Origin: Leucoraja ocellata
Lineage: Eukaryota
Length of the DNA stretch: 64,000 nt
Direction: 5' to 3'
Assembly (NCBI GenBank): GCA_036785375.1
Contig: JAWMAR010001544.1
Coordinates: forward strand, 62,001 to 126,000
A model generated the notes under the pieces. That model did not search any database. It was not told the DNA's origin and saw only the letters and a program-made list of their open reading frames with translations. How positions within the stretch are numbered: the first letter of the stretch is position 1; every line of letters starts with the position of its first letter. This document shows, one piece after another, positions 1 through 13,902 of this stretch. A program made the translations under genes and the position numbers.

Positions 1-558
1 GAGACCGGAGCGGGTGGAGCGGTGGAGGAGCGTTTCCGCTGCCGCTGCTGCTGCTGCTGCTGAGTCGCAGGCTGCTTCTCCGGGTCTGCGGACGACGACA
101 CCGGGAGCCCGCGGGTCCCTGGAGAGAGACCGCTTTTCGGGGCTCCTGCAACGGCGACTTCTCCCGCCCGAGTTGCGGGGTCGAAGAGCTCCTGGAGTGG
201 GGCTTAGCACCACTGCCCCGCGCGGCTTGGAATGCGGGACTTTGCGAGCGCACACCGGGGTCTCCAACATCAAGACCCGGTGTGCGACCTTGCACCACCC
301 GGCGTGGCTTTAATGGCCGCGGGACAATCGCCATCGCCAGCCGGGGGCTTTGACTTTGACTCTGACATCGGGGGGGAGAGAGTGCAGTGGAGAGATAAGT
401 TTATTTGGCCTTCCATCACAGCTATGTGATGGATGTTTATGTAAAATTTAATTATGTTGTGTCTGGGGTCTATTTGTGTGTAATGTATGGCTGCAGAAAC
501 GGCATTTCATTTGGACCTCCAGGGGTCCAAATGACAATTAAATATACTCTTGACTCTT
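1..558 (+). mobile_element. Non-autonomous retroposon with a Rex1-type 3' end (5' end may lie outside the window)
   Basis: GC-rich body ending in catttcatttggacctccaggggtccaaatgacaattaaa plus a short (ctcttga) repeat tail. The same stem-loop/tail architecture ends the Rex1 pieces at ~8130-8202 and 44600-44675. Confidence 0.5.
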
Positions 559-1246
559 GCATGCAGGTGCAGCAGGCAGTAAAGAAAGTGAATGGTATGT
601 TAGCTTTCATTGCAAAAGGATTTGAGTATAGGAGCAGGGAGGTTCTACTGCAGTTGTACAGGGTCTTGGTGAGACCACACCTGGAGTATTGCGTACAGTT
701 TTGGTCTCCAAATCTGAGGAAGGACATTATTGCCATAGAGGGAGTGCAGAGACGGTTCACCAGACTGATTCCTGGGATGTCAGGACTGTCTTATGAAGAA
801 AGACTGGATAGACTTGGTTTATACTCTCTAGAATTTAGAAGATTGAGAGGGGATCTTATAGAAACTTACAAAATTCTTAAGGGGTTGGACAGGCTAGATG
901 CAGGAAGATTGTTCCCGATGTTAGGGAAGTCCAGGACAAGGGGTCACAGCTTAAGGATAAAGGGGAAATCCTTTAAAACCGAGATGAGAAGAACTTTTTT
1001 CACGCAGAGAGTGGTGAATCTCTGGAACTCTCTGCCACAGAGGGTAGTTGAGGCCACTTCATTGGCTATATTTAAGAGGGAGTTAGATGTGGCCCTTGTG
1101 GCTAAGGGGATCAGGGGGTATGGAGAGAAGGCAGGTATGGGATACTGAGTTGGATGATCAGCCATGATCATATTGAATGGCGGTGCAGGCTCGAAGGGCC
1201 GAATGGCCTACTCCTGCACCTAATTTCTATGTTTCTATGTTTCTAT
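559..1246 (+). mobile_element. 5'-truncated CR1 LINE (RT C-terminus and 3' UTR)
   Basis: ORF 405-1148 contains [15 protein letters not shown]...RRLRGDLIETYKI. The 3' UTR hairpin ends in a (TTTCTATG)n tail. Confidence 0.9.
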
Positions 1247-1596
1247 GTAAACCATGGATGACTGCAGAGGTACGTGCGCTGCTGAGAGCCCGAGACACTG
1301 CCTTCAGAGCAGGCGATAAGGAGGCCCTGAGAACAGCGAGGGCCAAACTGTCCCGGGCCATCAGGGAAGCAAAGCGAGCGCATGCAAGGAAAATCCACGG
1401 CCACTTCATTGACAGCAGGGACACACTGAAGCCGTGGCAAGGCATCCAAGCCATCACCAATTTCAGGACATCAAAACCAGCCTGTGACAGCGATGCCTCT
1501 CTGCCTGATGCGCTGAACATGTTCTACGCCCGGTTTGATGTACAGAACGACGTGGTGGCGAGGAAGACCACAACCCCCCCCCTGCGACCAGGTGGC
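1247..1596 (+). mobile_element. Rex1/Babar-type LINE internal fragment
   Basis: [24 protein letters not shown]...WQGIQAITN...[13 protein letters not shown]. Nearly identical to 45843-46205. Confidence 0.75.
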
Positions 1597-4500
1597 CATA
1601 GAAGCATAGAAACATAGAGACATAGACACATAGACACATAGAGACATAGAGACATAGACACATAGAGACATAGACACATAGACACATAGAGACATAGAGA
1701 CATAGACACATAGAGACATAGACACATAGACACATAGACACATAGAGACATAGAGACATAGACACATAGACACATAGAGACATAGACACATAGACACATA
1801 GAGACATAGAGACATAGAGACATAGAGACATAGACACATAGACACATAGATACATAGACACATAGAGACATAGAGACATAGACACATAGAGACATAGACA
1901 CATAGACACATAGAGACATAGAGACATAGACACATAGACACATAGACACATAGAGACATAGAGACATAGAGACATAGACACATAGACACATAGACACATA
2001 GACACATAGAGACATAGAGACATAGACACATAGACACATAGACACATAGACACATAGAGACATAGACACATAGACACATAGACACATAGAGGCATAGACA
2101 CATAGACACATGGAGACATAGACACATAGAGACATAGACACATAGAGACATAGAGACATAGACACATAGACACATAGACACATAGAGACATAGACACATA
2201 GACACATAGACACATAGACACATAGACACTTAGAGACATAGACACATAGACACATAGAGACAGAGACATAGACACATAGACACATAGAGACATAGAGACA
2301 TAGACACATAGACACATAGAGACATAGACACATAGACACAGAAATAGAGACATAGAGACATAGAGACATAGAGACATAGACACATAGAGACATAGACACA
2401 TAGAGACAGACACATAGAGACATAGAGACATAGACACATAGAGACATAGACACATAGAGAAATAGAGACATAGACACAGAGACATAGAGACATAGAGACA
2501 TAGACACATAGAGACATAGACACATAGACACATAGAGACATAGAGACATAGACACATAGAGACATAGAGACATAGACACATAGAGACATAGACACATAGA
2601 GACATAGACACATAGAGACATAGAGACATAGACACATAGAGACATAGACACATAGAGACATAGACACATAGAGACATAGACACATAGACACATAGAGACA
2701 TAGAGACATAGAGACATAGAGACATAGACACATAGACACATAGACACATAGACACATAGAGACATAGAGACATAGAGACATAGACACATAGAGACATAGA
2801 CACATAGAGAAATAGAGACATAGACACATAGAGACATAGAGACATAGAGACATAGACACATAGCCACATAGACACATAGAGACATAGAGACATAGAGACA
2901 TAGAGACATAGAGACATAGACACATAGACACATAGAGACATAGACACATAGAGAAATAGAGACATAGACACATAGACACATAGACACATAGAGACATAGA
3001 CACATAGAGACATAGACACATAGAGGCATAGACACATAGACACATAGAGACATAGACACATAGAGACATAGACACATAGATACATAGACACATAGAGACA
3101 TAGACACATAGACACATAGAGACATAGACACATAGACACATAGACACATAGAGACATAGAGACATAGACACATAGACACATAGACACATAGACACATAGA
3201 TACATAGACACATAGACACATAGAGACATAGACACATAGAGACATAGATACATAGACACAGACACATAGAGACATAGACACATAGACACATAGACACATA
3301 GACACATAGACACATAGAGACATAGACACATAGACACATAGAGACATAGACACATAGACACATAGATACATAGACACATAGAGACATAGACACATAGACA
3401 CATAGAGACATAGACACATAGATACATAGACACATAGAGACATAGACACATAGAGACATAGAGACATAGACACATAGAGACATAGAGACATAGACACATA
3501 GACACATAGACACATAGAGGCATAGACACATAGACACATGGAGACATAGACACATAGAGACATAGACACATAGAGACATAGAGACATAGACACATAGACA
3601 CATAGACACATAGAGACATAGACACATAGACACATAGACACATAGACACATAGACACTTAGAGACATAGACACATAGACACATAGAGACAGAGACATAGA
3701 CACATAGACACATAGAGACATAGAGACATAGACACATAGACACATAGACACATAGAGACATAGACACATAGACAGAAATAGAGACATAGAGACATAGAGA
3801 CATAGAGACATAGACACATAGAGACATAGACACATAGAGACAGACACATAGAGACATAGAGACATAGACACATAGAGACATAGACACATAGAGAAATAGA
3901 GACATAGACACAGAGACATAGAGACATAGAGACATAGACACATAGAGACATAGAGACATAGACACATAGAGACATAGACACATAGAGACATAGACACATA
4001 GAGACATAGAGACATAGACACATAGAGACATAGACACATAGAGACATAGACACATAGAGACATAGACACATAGACACATAGAGACATAGAGACATAGAGA
4101 CATAGACACATAGACACATAGACACATAGACACATAGAGACATAGAGACATAGAGACATAGACACATAGAGACATAGACACATAGAGAAATAGAGACATA
4201 GACACATAGAGACATAGAGACATAGAGACATAGACACATAGACACATAGACACATAGAGACATAGAGACATAGAGACATAGAGACATAGAGACATAGACA
4301 CATAGACACATAGAGACATAGACACATAGAGAAATAGAGACATAGACACATAGACACATAGACACATAGAGACTTAGACACATAGAGACATAGACACATA
4401 GAGGCATAGACACATAGACACATAGAGACATAGACACATAGAGACATAGACACATAGATACATAGACACATAGAGACATAGACACATAGACACATAGAGA

Positions 4501-5717
4501 CATAGACACATAGACACATAGACACATAGAGACATAGAGACATAGACACATAGACACATAGACACATAGACACATAGATACATAGACACATAGACACATA
4601 GAGACATAGACACATAGAGACATAGAGACATAGACACATAGACACATAGACACATAGAGACATAGACACATAGAGAAATAGAGACATAGACACATAGAGA
4701 CATAGAGACATAGAGACATAGACACAGACACATAGACACATAGAGACATAGAGACATAGAGACATAGAGACATAGAGACATAGACACATAGACACATAGA
4801 GACATAGACACATAGAGAAATAGAGACATAGACACATAGACACATAGACACATAGAGACATAGACACATAGAGACATAGACACATAGAGGCATAGACACA
4901 TAGACACATAGAGACATAGACACATAGAGACGTAGACACATAGATACATAGACACATAGAGACATAGACACATAGACACATAGAGACATAGACACATAGA
5001 CACATAGACACATAGAGACATAGAGACATAGACACATAGACACATAGACACATAGACACATAGATACATAGACACATAGACACATAGAGACATAGANNNN
5101 NNNNNNNNNNNNNNNNNNNNNNNNNNNNNNNNNNNNNNNNNNNNNNNNNNNNNNNNNNNNNNNNNNNNNNNNNNNNNNNNNNNNNNNNNNNNNNNNNNNN
5201 NNNNNNNNNNNNNNNNNNNNNNNNNNNNNNNNNNNNNNNNNNNNTAGATACATAGACACATAGAGACATAGACACATAGACACATAGAGACATAGACACA
5301 TAGACACATAGAGACATAGACACATAGATACATAGACACATAGAGACAGACACATAGACACATAGAGACATAGACACATAGACACATAGACACATAGAGA
5401 CATAGAGACATAGACACATAGACACATAGACACATAGACACATAGACACATAGATACATAGACACATAGAGACATAGACACATAGACACATAGAGACATA
5501 GAGACATAGACACATAGAGACATAGACACATAGAGACATAGAGACATAGACACATAGACACAGAAATAGAGACATAGACACATAGAGACATAGACACATA
5601 GACACATAGACACATAGAGACATAGACACATAGACACATAGACACAGAAATAGAGACATAGACACATAGAGACATAGAGACATAGAAACATAGAGACATA
5701 GAGACATAGACACATAG
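1597..5717. repeat. Octamer satellite (ACATAGAC/ACATAGAG)n, >4 kb, containing an N run at 5097-5244
   Basis: Seen directly. It is contiguous with the (CATAGAAA) tail of the minus-strand CR1 starting at 5718. Confidence 0.97.
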
Positions 5718-7150
5718 AAAATAGGTGCAGGAGGAGGCCATTCGGCCCTTCGAGCCAGCACCGCCATTCATTGTGATCATGGCTGATCGTCCCCAATCAA
5801 TAACCCGTGCCTGCCTTCTACCCATATCCCTTGACTCCACTACCCCAGAGCTCTATCTAACTCTCTCTTAAATCCATCCAGTGACTTGGCCTCCACTGCC
5901 CTCTGTGGCAGGGAATTCCACAAATTCACAACTCTCGGGGTGAAAACGTTTTTTCTCACCTCAGTCTTAAATGGCCTCCCCTTTATTCTAAGACTGTGGC
6001 CCCTGGTTCTGGACTCGCCCAACATTGGGAACATTTTTCCTGCATCTAGCTTGTCCAGTCCTTTTATAATTTTATATGTTTCTATAAGAATCCCCCTCAT
6101 CCTTCTAAACTCCAGTGAATACAAGCCTAGTCTTTTCAATCTTTCCTCATATGACAGTCCCGCCATCCCAGGGATCAATCTCGTGAACCTACGCTGCACT
6201 GCCTCAATCACAAGAATGTCCTTCCTCAAATTAGGAGACCAAAACTGTACACAATACTCCAGATGTGGTCTCACCAGAGCCCTGTACAACTGCAGAAGAA
6301 CCTCTTTACTACTATACTGAAATCCTCGTGTTATGAAGAGCAACATTCCATTAGCTTTCTTCACTGCCTGCTGTACCTGTAAGCCAACTTTCAGTGACCG
6401 GTGTACAAGGACACCCAGGTCTCGCTGCACCTCCCCCTTATCTAACCTAACCCCATTGAGATAATAATCTGCCCCCTTGTTTTTGCCGCCAAAGTGGATA
6501 ACCTCACATTTATCTATATTATACCGCATCTGCCACGCATCTGCCCACTTACTCAACCTGTCCTGGTCACCCTGCAACCTCCTAACATCCACTTCACAGT
6601 TCACACTGTCACCCAGCTTTGTGTCATCCGCAAACTTGCTAGCGTTGCTCCTAATTCCCTCTTCCAAATCATGAATATATATATGGTAAACAGTTGCGGC
6701 CCCAACACCGAGCCTTTCGGCACTCCACTCACCACTGCCTGCCATTCTGAAAAGGACCCGTTCACTTCTACTATTTGCTTCTGGTCTGCCAACCAATTTA
6801 TATCCATGTCAACACCCTACCCCCAATACCATGTGTTCTAATTTTGGTCACCAGTCTCCCGTGCGGGACCTTATCAAAGGCTTTCTGAAAGTCTAGATAC
6901 ACTACATCCACTGGCACCCCTTCATCCATTTTACTTGTCACATCCTCAAAAGATTCCAGAAGATTAGTCAAGCATGATTTCCCTTTCATAAATCCATGTT
7001 GACTTGGACTAATCCTTTTACTGCTATCCAAATGCCCCATTATCACCTCTTTAATAATTGACTCCAGCATCTTTCCCATCATCGAAGTCAGGCTAACTGG
7101 CCTGTAATTCCCCGTTTTCTCTCTCGCTCCTTTCTTGAAAAGTGGGATAA
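5718..7150 (-). mobile_element. 5'-truncated CR1 LINE, RT region, frameshifted
   Basis: ORFs 5840-6796 and 6798-7082 contain QHGF..GKSCLTNL, YLDFQKAFDKVPH and KFADD. Confidence 0.9.
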
Positions 7151-7466
7151 CATTTGCGCTGCGCTACCTCATAACGCTGCACTCTCTGAATAGCAAGAAT
7201 GTCCTTCCTCAAATTAGGGGACCAAAACGGTACACAATACTCCAGGTGTGGTCTGACTAGGGCCCTGTACAACTGCAGAAGGACCTCTTTGTTCCTATAC
7301 TCAAATCTTCTTGGGAGAAAGGCCATGCAAACCTCTTCTCTTGAGCTTGGCAGTCTGAATCTAGTGCCATAACTATTCATAAGTGTGTTCATACTGAATC
7401 AGATTTTGACGGTGTGAGACGCGTATTGGCTTTTGATGGTATGATACGGGAATTTGCTAGGATAAA

Positions 7467-8202
7467 CTGAATTCAGGAAGGTCAGAGGGGGCAGACATAC
7501 CCCCATCCATATAAACGGGACTGAGGTGGAGCGCGTCTCCAACAACAGGTTCCTCGGGGTACACATCTCGGAGGATCTGTCCTGGTCCCTCAACACCTCC
7601 AAGCTGATCAAAAAGGCACAACAGCGCCTTTTTTACTTCCTGAGGAGGCTCAAGAAAGCCCACCTGTCCCCCCAGATCCTGACCAACTTTTACCGCTGTA
7701 CCATCGAAAGCATCCTGACCACCTGCTTCACGGTATGGTACAGCAGCTGCACCGTAGCGGACAGGAAGGCACTACAACGGGTGGTGAAAACCGCGCAGTA
7801 CATCATCGGTGACCCGCTCCCTGCCATGGATGCCCTCCATCGAAAACGGTGTCTGAGACGGGCCGGGAAGATCATCAAAGACCCCTCCCACCCCAACCAT
7901 GGACTGTTTGCCCTCCTCCCATCAGGGAGGCGGTACAGGAGCCTCAGGTCACGTACTAGTACGATGAGGAACAACTTCTACAATAATACCATCACATTGC
8001 TGAACTCGGAGTCACGCCGATAGATTTCTCCAGTCTCTCCGTCCACACCGTTCGATTTCGATTATTGTTTGATTATTCTGTATTTTTATTTTTATTTCTA
8101 TATTGCACTATACTATGGACTGACGCTAAACTGCATTTCGTTGTACCCATACTCGTATTTGTGCAATGACATTAAAGTTGAATTGAATTGAATTGAATTG
8201 AA
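7467..8202 (+). mobile_element. Rex1-type LINE 3' fragment
   Basis: FLGVHISEDLSWSLNT..KKAQQRL..FYRCTIESILT..LLPSGRRYRS, followed by a (TTGAA)n tail. Confidence 0.85.
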
Positions 8203-8229
8203 ATGATACTTAAAGGCTTGACGATAGAT

Positions 8230-9500
8230 ATGCAACGGCAAACATTTAAAGATCCTATGGATGAATTGCACCAATTGTTCACCCGTCAGGTGTAAAAATA
8301 AAACAGGGAAGGTGGCTCAACCGTGGCAAATAATGGAAATTAGGGAATATTAAATCCAGGCATATAAATTGGCCAGATAAAGCAACAAACTGGGAGAAAT
8401 TTAAATTTAATATTTAACACAGGAGGACAAATGGATGAATTCAGTGTGGGTAAATAGAGCATGAACGGAAACTTGCGGGGGAAATATTAGTGAAGACAAA
8501 TATAGGCCCCTTACAGTCAGAAACAGGTTAATTTATACTGGGAAACAAGAAATTGGCAGACCAGTTACACAAATACTTTGGTTCTGTCTTCACTAAGGAA
8601 GACACAAACAATCTTCCAGAAATACAAGGGGACCGAGGATCTAGTGGGAGGGAGGAAGTGAAGGGAATCCACATGATTCAGGAAATGTTGTTAGGTAAAC
8701 TGTTGGGACAGAAGACATGTAAATCCCCAGGGCCTGATGGTCTGCATCCGAAACAACACAGGAGGTGGCCCTCGAAATCGTGCATGTATTGGTAATCATT
8801 TTCCAATGTTCTATAGACATTTGGTTAGTTCCAGTGAACTGGAGGGTACCTAATGTAACCCCACCTTTTAAGAAAGAGGGGAAAGAGAAAACAGGGAATT
8901 ATAGACCAGTTAGACTGACATTGGTAGTGGGTTGTACAGGGCTCTGGTGAGAACACACCTGAGCATCTGGTGCAATTTTGGTCTCCTAATTTGCCGAAGG
9001 ACATTCGTGTCAATGAATGAGCACAGCGTAGGTTCACAGGGTTAATTCCCGGGATGTCTGGACAGACATATGATGAAAGAATGGATCGACTGGGCTTAAA
9101 TGAAGGGATTAAGATGGATGAGAGGAGATCTTATAGAAAGATATATAATTCTTAAGGGTTTGAACAGGCTGGATGCAGGAAAAATGTTCCTGATATTGGG
9201 GGTTCAGACCTATGGGTCACGGTTTAAGAATAAGGATTAGGCCATTTACTACTGAGATGAGGAAAACCTTTTTTTTAGCAAGAGAGTTGTGAATTTGTGG
9301 AATTCTCTGCCTCAGAAGGCAGTGGAGGCCAATTCACTGGATGATTTCAAGAGAGAGCTAGATATAGTGCTTGGGGCTAATGGAATCAAAGGATATGGGG
9401 AGAAAGCAAGAACGGGGTAATGATTTTGGACGATCACATTGAATGACGGTTTGTGCTCGATAGGCCAAACGACCTCCGCCTGCACCTATTTTCTATGTTT
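8230..9500 (+). mobile_element. Degraded, internally deleted CR1
   Basis: KSPGPDGLHP and GNYRPV motifs, then a CR1-type 3' UTR ending in tttctatg. Confidence 0.75.
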
Positions 9501-9514
9501 TTATATTTAACTAA

Positions 9515-9938
9515 TGTGTTCTAAGTAACCTGCGAACCCTGGTATACCTGCTTTCTGCACTGTGGGATCAATTAACCTGTTCCTTTCTATATAACTTGCT
9601 AGCCTCTGGGCCACTATGCTAAAGAAAATCTTGCCATCTACATTTAGGAGACAAACAGCCTAAACTGATTTAACTCTGGAGACTCTTTCTTCTAGGGAAT
9701 GAACATTCCCCCTGCTCTATGCCAAACCCTTGGTATGACCTGCTTCTACCAAACTATTGGACAGAGCCTCTGCGAGAATCTAAGCACATCATGTGCACTT
9801 TTATGTACCCGGTAAGGGACTCCATTTGGTCCCGGTGCAGAAGAAGCATTTCCACGCCATATTACTGCTTCCACTTCCTTCCACTTTTGTGGCAAAACAT
9901 CTAACTATAACATCTGTCTCCTAAGGTGGTAACTCTGG
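9515..9938 (-). mobile_element. HERO/NeSL-like (restriction-like endonuclease clade) non-LTR RT fragment
   Basis: Hand translation of the minus strand across frameshifts gives SAPGPNGVPYRVHK...IPRVWHRAGGMFIP...LLNVDGKIFFSIVAQRLASYIERNRLIDPTVQKAGIPGFAGYLEH. It is absent from the ORF track. Confidence 0.7.
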
Positions 9939-11354
9939 AGGGAGACACGGGCCCGATACTGGGGCCCATGACGACTGAGGATTGGCGGGTAGCAAAAATA
10001 ACCCCACTTTTTAAGAAGGGAGGGAGAGAGAAAACGGGGAATTACAGACCAGTTAGTCTAACATCGGTAGTGGGGAAACTGCTAGTCAGTTATTAAAGAT
10101 AGGATAGCAGCACATTTGGAAAGTGGTGAAATCATTGGACAAAGTCAGCATGGATTTACGAAAGGTAAATCATGTCTGACGAATCTTATAGAATTTTTCG
10201 AGGATGTAACTAGTAGCGTGGATAGGGGAGAACCAGTGCATGTGGTGTATCTGGACTTCCAGAACGCTTTCGACAAGGTCCCACATAAGAGATTAGTATA
10301 CAAACTTAAAGTACACGGCATTGGGGGTTCAGTATTGATGTGGATAGAGAACTGGCTGGCAAACAGGAAGCAAAGAGTAGGAGTAAACGGGCCCTTTTCA
10401 CAATGGCAGGCAGTGACTAGTGGGGTACCGCAAGGCTCAGTGCTGGGACCCCAGCTATTTACAATATATATTAATGATCTGGATGAGAGAATTGAAGGCA
10501 ATATCTCCAAGTTTGCGGATGACACTAAGCTGGGGGGCAGTGTTAGCTGTGAGGCGGATGCTAGGAGACTGCAAGGTGACTTGGATAGGCTGGGTGAGTG
10601 GGCAAATGTTTGGCAGATGCAGTATAATGTGGATAAATGTGAGGTTATCCATTTTGGTGGCAAAAACAGGAAAGCAGACTATTATCTAAATGGTGGCCGA
10701 CTAGGAAAAGGGGAGATGCAGCGAGACCTGGGTGTCATGGTACACCAATCATTGAAAATAGGCATGCAGGTGCAGCAGTCAGTGAAGAAAGCGAATGGTA
10801 TGTTAGCTTTCCTAGCAAAAGGATTTGAGTATAGGAGCAGGGAGGTTCTACTGCAGTTGTACAGGATCTTGGTGAGACCACACCTGGAGTATTGCGTACA
10901 GTTTTGGTCTCCAAATCTGAGGAAGGACATTATTGCCATAGAGGGAGTGCAGAGAAGGTTCACCAGACTGATTCCTGGGATGTCAGGACTGTCTTATGAA
11001 GAAAGACTGGATAGACTTGGTTTATACTCTCTAGAATTTAGGAGATTGAGAGGGGATCTTATAGAAACTTACAAAATTCTTAAGGGGTTGGACAGGCTAG
11101 ATGCAGGAAGATTGCTCCCAATGTTGGGGAAATCCAGGACAAGGGGCCACAGCTTAAGGATAAGGGGGAAATCCTTTAAAACCGAGATGAGAAGAACTTT
11201 TTTCACACAGAGTGTGGTGAGTCTCTGGAACTCTCTGCCGCGGAGGGTAGTCGAGGCCAGTTCATTGGCTATATTTAAGAGGGAGTTAGATGTGGCCCTT
11301 GTGGCTAAGGGGATCAGAGGGTATGGAGAGAAATCAGGTACAGGATACTGAGTT

Positions 11355-12485
11355 TAAGAGGGAACTGCAGATGCTGGAGAATCGAAGGTTACACAAAAAA
11401 GCTGGAGAAACTCAGCGGGTGCAGCAGCATCTATGGAGCGAAGGAAATAGGCAACGTTTCGCGCCGAAACCCTTCTTCAGACTGATCGGGGGCGGGGACA
11501 AGAAAGGGAAAAGGAGGAGTAGCCAGAAGGCTGGGGGATGGGAGGAGACAGCAGGGGGGCTGAGGAAGGGGAGGAGACAGCAAGGACTAACAAAATTGGG
11601 AGAATTCGATGTTCATGCCCCCGGGGTGCAGACTCCCCAAACGGAATATGAGGTGCTGTTCCTCCAATTTCCGGTGCTGCTCACTGTGGCCATGGAGGAG
11701 ACCCAGGACAGAGAGGTCGGAGGCGGAGTGGGAGGGGGAGACCTCCAACGTGACCCCACTACTCGCCACATCTTCCCATCTCCCCCCATATCTGCCTTCC
11801 GCAAAGACCGCTCCCTCCATAACTCCCTTGTCAATTCTTCCCTTCCCTCTCGGTCCACCCCCTCCCCGGGCACTTTCCCTTGCAACCGCAAGAGATGCAA
11901 CACTTGTCCCTTTACCTCCCCCCTCGACTCCGTTCAAGGACCCAAGCAATCGTTCCAGGTACGACAGAGGTTTACCTGCATCTCTTCCAACCTCATCTAT
12001 TGCGTCCGCTGCTCTAGATGTCAGCAGATCTATATCGGTGAAACCAAGCGGAGGTTGGGCGATCGTTTCGCCGAACACCTCCGCTCGGTCCGCAATAACC
12101 AAGCTGACCTCCTGGTGGCTCAGCACTTCAACTCCCCCTCCCACTCCGTCTCCGACCTCTCTGTCCTGGGTCTCCTCCATGGCCACAGCGAGCAGCATCG
12201 GAAATTGGAGGAACAGCACCTCATATTCCGTTTGGGGAGTCTGCACCCCGGGGGCATGAACATCGAATTCTCCCAATTTTGTTAGTCCTTGCTGTCTCCT
12301 CCCCTTCCTCAGCCCCCCTGCTGTCTCCTCCCATCCCCCAGCCTTCTGGCTACTCCTCCTTTTCCCTTTCTTGTCCCCGCCCCCGATCAGTCTGAAGAAG
12401 GGTTTCGGCCCGAAACGTTGCCTATTTCCTTCGCTCCATAGATGCTGCTGCACCTGCTGAGTTTCTCCAGCTTTTTTGTGTAACC
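11355..12485 (+). mobile_element. Penelope-like element fragment (GIY-YIG endonuclease) with 354-bp inverted arms and a 15-bp TSD
   Basis: C..RC.TC and NLIYCVRCSRCQQIYIGETKRRLGDRFAEH. Arms 11387-11740 and 12132-12485 are reverse complements. TSD ACAGGATACTGAGTT at 11340-11354 and 12486-12500. Confidence 0.9.
12392..12419 (+). ncRNA. Minimal hammerhead ribozyme motif of a Penelope-like element
   Basis: CUGAAGA-A-GGG(uuucgg)CCC-GAAAC-GUU gives the CUGANGA core, stem II, GAAA and NUH. An inverted copy at 11453-11480 has a stem II mismatch. Confidence 0.65.
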
Positions 12486-13902
12486 ACAGGATACTGAGTT
12501 GGATGATCAGCTATGATCATATTGAATGGCGGTGCAGGCTCGAAGGGCCGAATGGCCTACTCCTGCACCTAATTTCTATGTTTCTATGACAGGCCCACTC
12601 AGTATTCAAACAACGTAAGGTCCGAAAACACAAGGCCCATTCAGTGTTGGTGTTGCATGATGCCACAGAAAGTAGGCCCAATCTCTATTCAATGTACTCT
12701 GGACCCAATCACTTTAGATTAGATTAGATTAGATTAGACTTTATTAATCCCCTTATTCAGGGGCAATTCAGATGTCCTTGCAGCACTAATAAAAATACAA
12801 CATAGCATTCAAGAAGAAATTCAACACCAAAACACAAAAACATGTTTAGCACAAAGTCCAGTCCCCATCCTCTTGTCCACCCAAAGTCGGGCCTATTGAG
12901 GCCTCCACAGTCGCCGCCACGGTTAGTCGCGGTTACCCTGATAGTGCGCTGAATGGGCCAAATGCAATCAGCCGAGAGTAGTCCAGGATACCCAACTAGT
13001 GGGATGAGTGGCTTTGTGGCTCCATGTGGCCTATTCTTATTTTGGGGGCCGATACTAACTCACTCACCCGCCATCAAAGGCCCAATCAATGTCTAAGTGA
13101 AAGCGCACCCAAGATGGGTACCAGGCAAATCGATCTGAACTAATTTACAATCCTTTGGAGTCATGCGATCCCAGCTAATTCCAGAAATGGTGGAACACGA
13201 GGTAAAACGAGAGCACATTTAGAGCAAGGTGCTGGTTCCTTCGATAAACAAATATAGCAAACTAGGTTAGGCTTTTGTAGTTCTGCTTTTATTTGTGATT
13301 TAACAGAAACATATTACAGAGATGTTTTTAAAAGCATAACACGAAGTGGTCAAAACAACTGAATTCCACACTGAGACCAGGTACATTGAACATGTAGCTT
13401 GAGAGTCAAAGGTTAGCTCTGAATTAAGGACAATTGAGCAAAATAGGAGTAAATAGATATTTGCTCATATGCAGAATGTGTGTATGTGTTGTTGGGTATG
13501 TATTTACACATGCATTGACATTACATTTATTTACAGGCCTTCGGTTAGGCCGCACTTGCAGTATAGTGTGGAGGTTCAGGTCGTCCCTTCGAGGGAATAA
13601 TGTGGAGGCTTTGGAGAAGAACTTAAATCGGGCGCGGGGCTTTATTTCACAGAGGCCCAGGACCGTTGGAGAGTGTGGAGGAGGGTCAGGGCGGGGAGTA
13701 CTTAAATCGGGCGCGGGGCTTTATTTCACAGAGGCCCGGGACCGTTGGAGAGCAGTGGAGGAGGGTCAGGGCTTTTACCAAAATCCGTAACGTTCCATAC
13801 TCCATAGGGAGGGTTCTGGTGGAAGCCGCTGATTGGTGGAAGCAGACTAGAGGAAGCAGCTGATTGCATGCAACCTCAGGTTAGCATTTGTGCTTTCTGG
13901 TT

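Larger units (their letters stand above)
9975..12588 (+). mobile_element. 5'-truncated CR1 interrupted near its 3' end by a Penelope insertion
   Basis: ORF 10116-11351 is a CR1 RT (GVPQGSVLGP, KFADD). The 3' UTR resumes at 12486 and ends in (TTTCTATG)n. Confidence 0.9.

Noticed and set aside
1463-5840. Very long Cys/Met-rich ORFs (up to 1434 aa), also at 46067-47162
   Set aside because: They are translations of a stop-free octamer satellite in all three minus frames.
11587-12453. Long antisense ORFs in the Penelope, CR1, Rex1 and DIRS copies
   Set aside because: Shadow frames of TE coding sequence or of the inverted arm, with no independent motifs.
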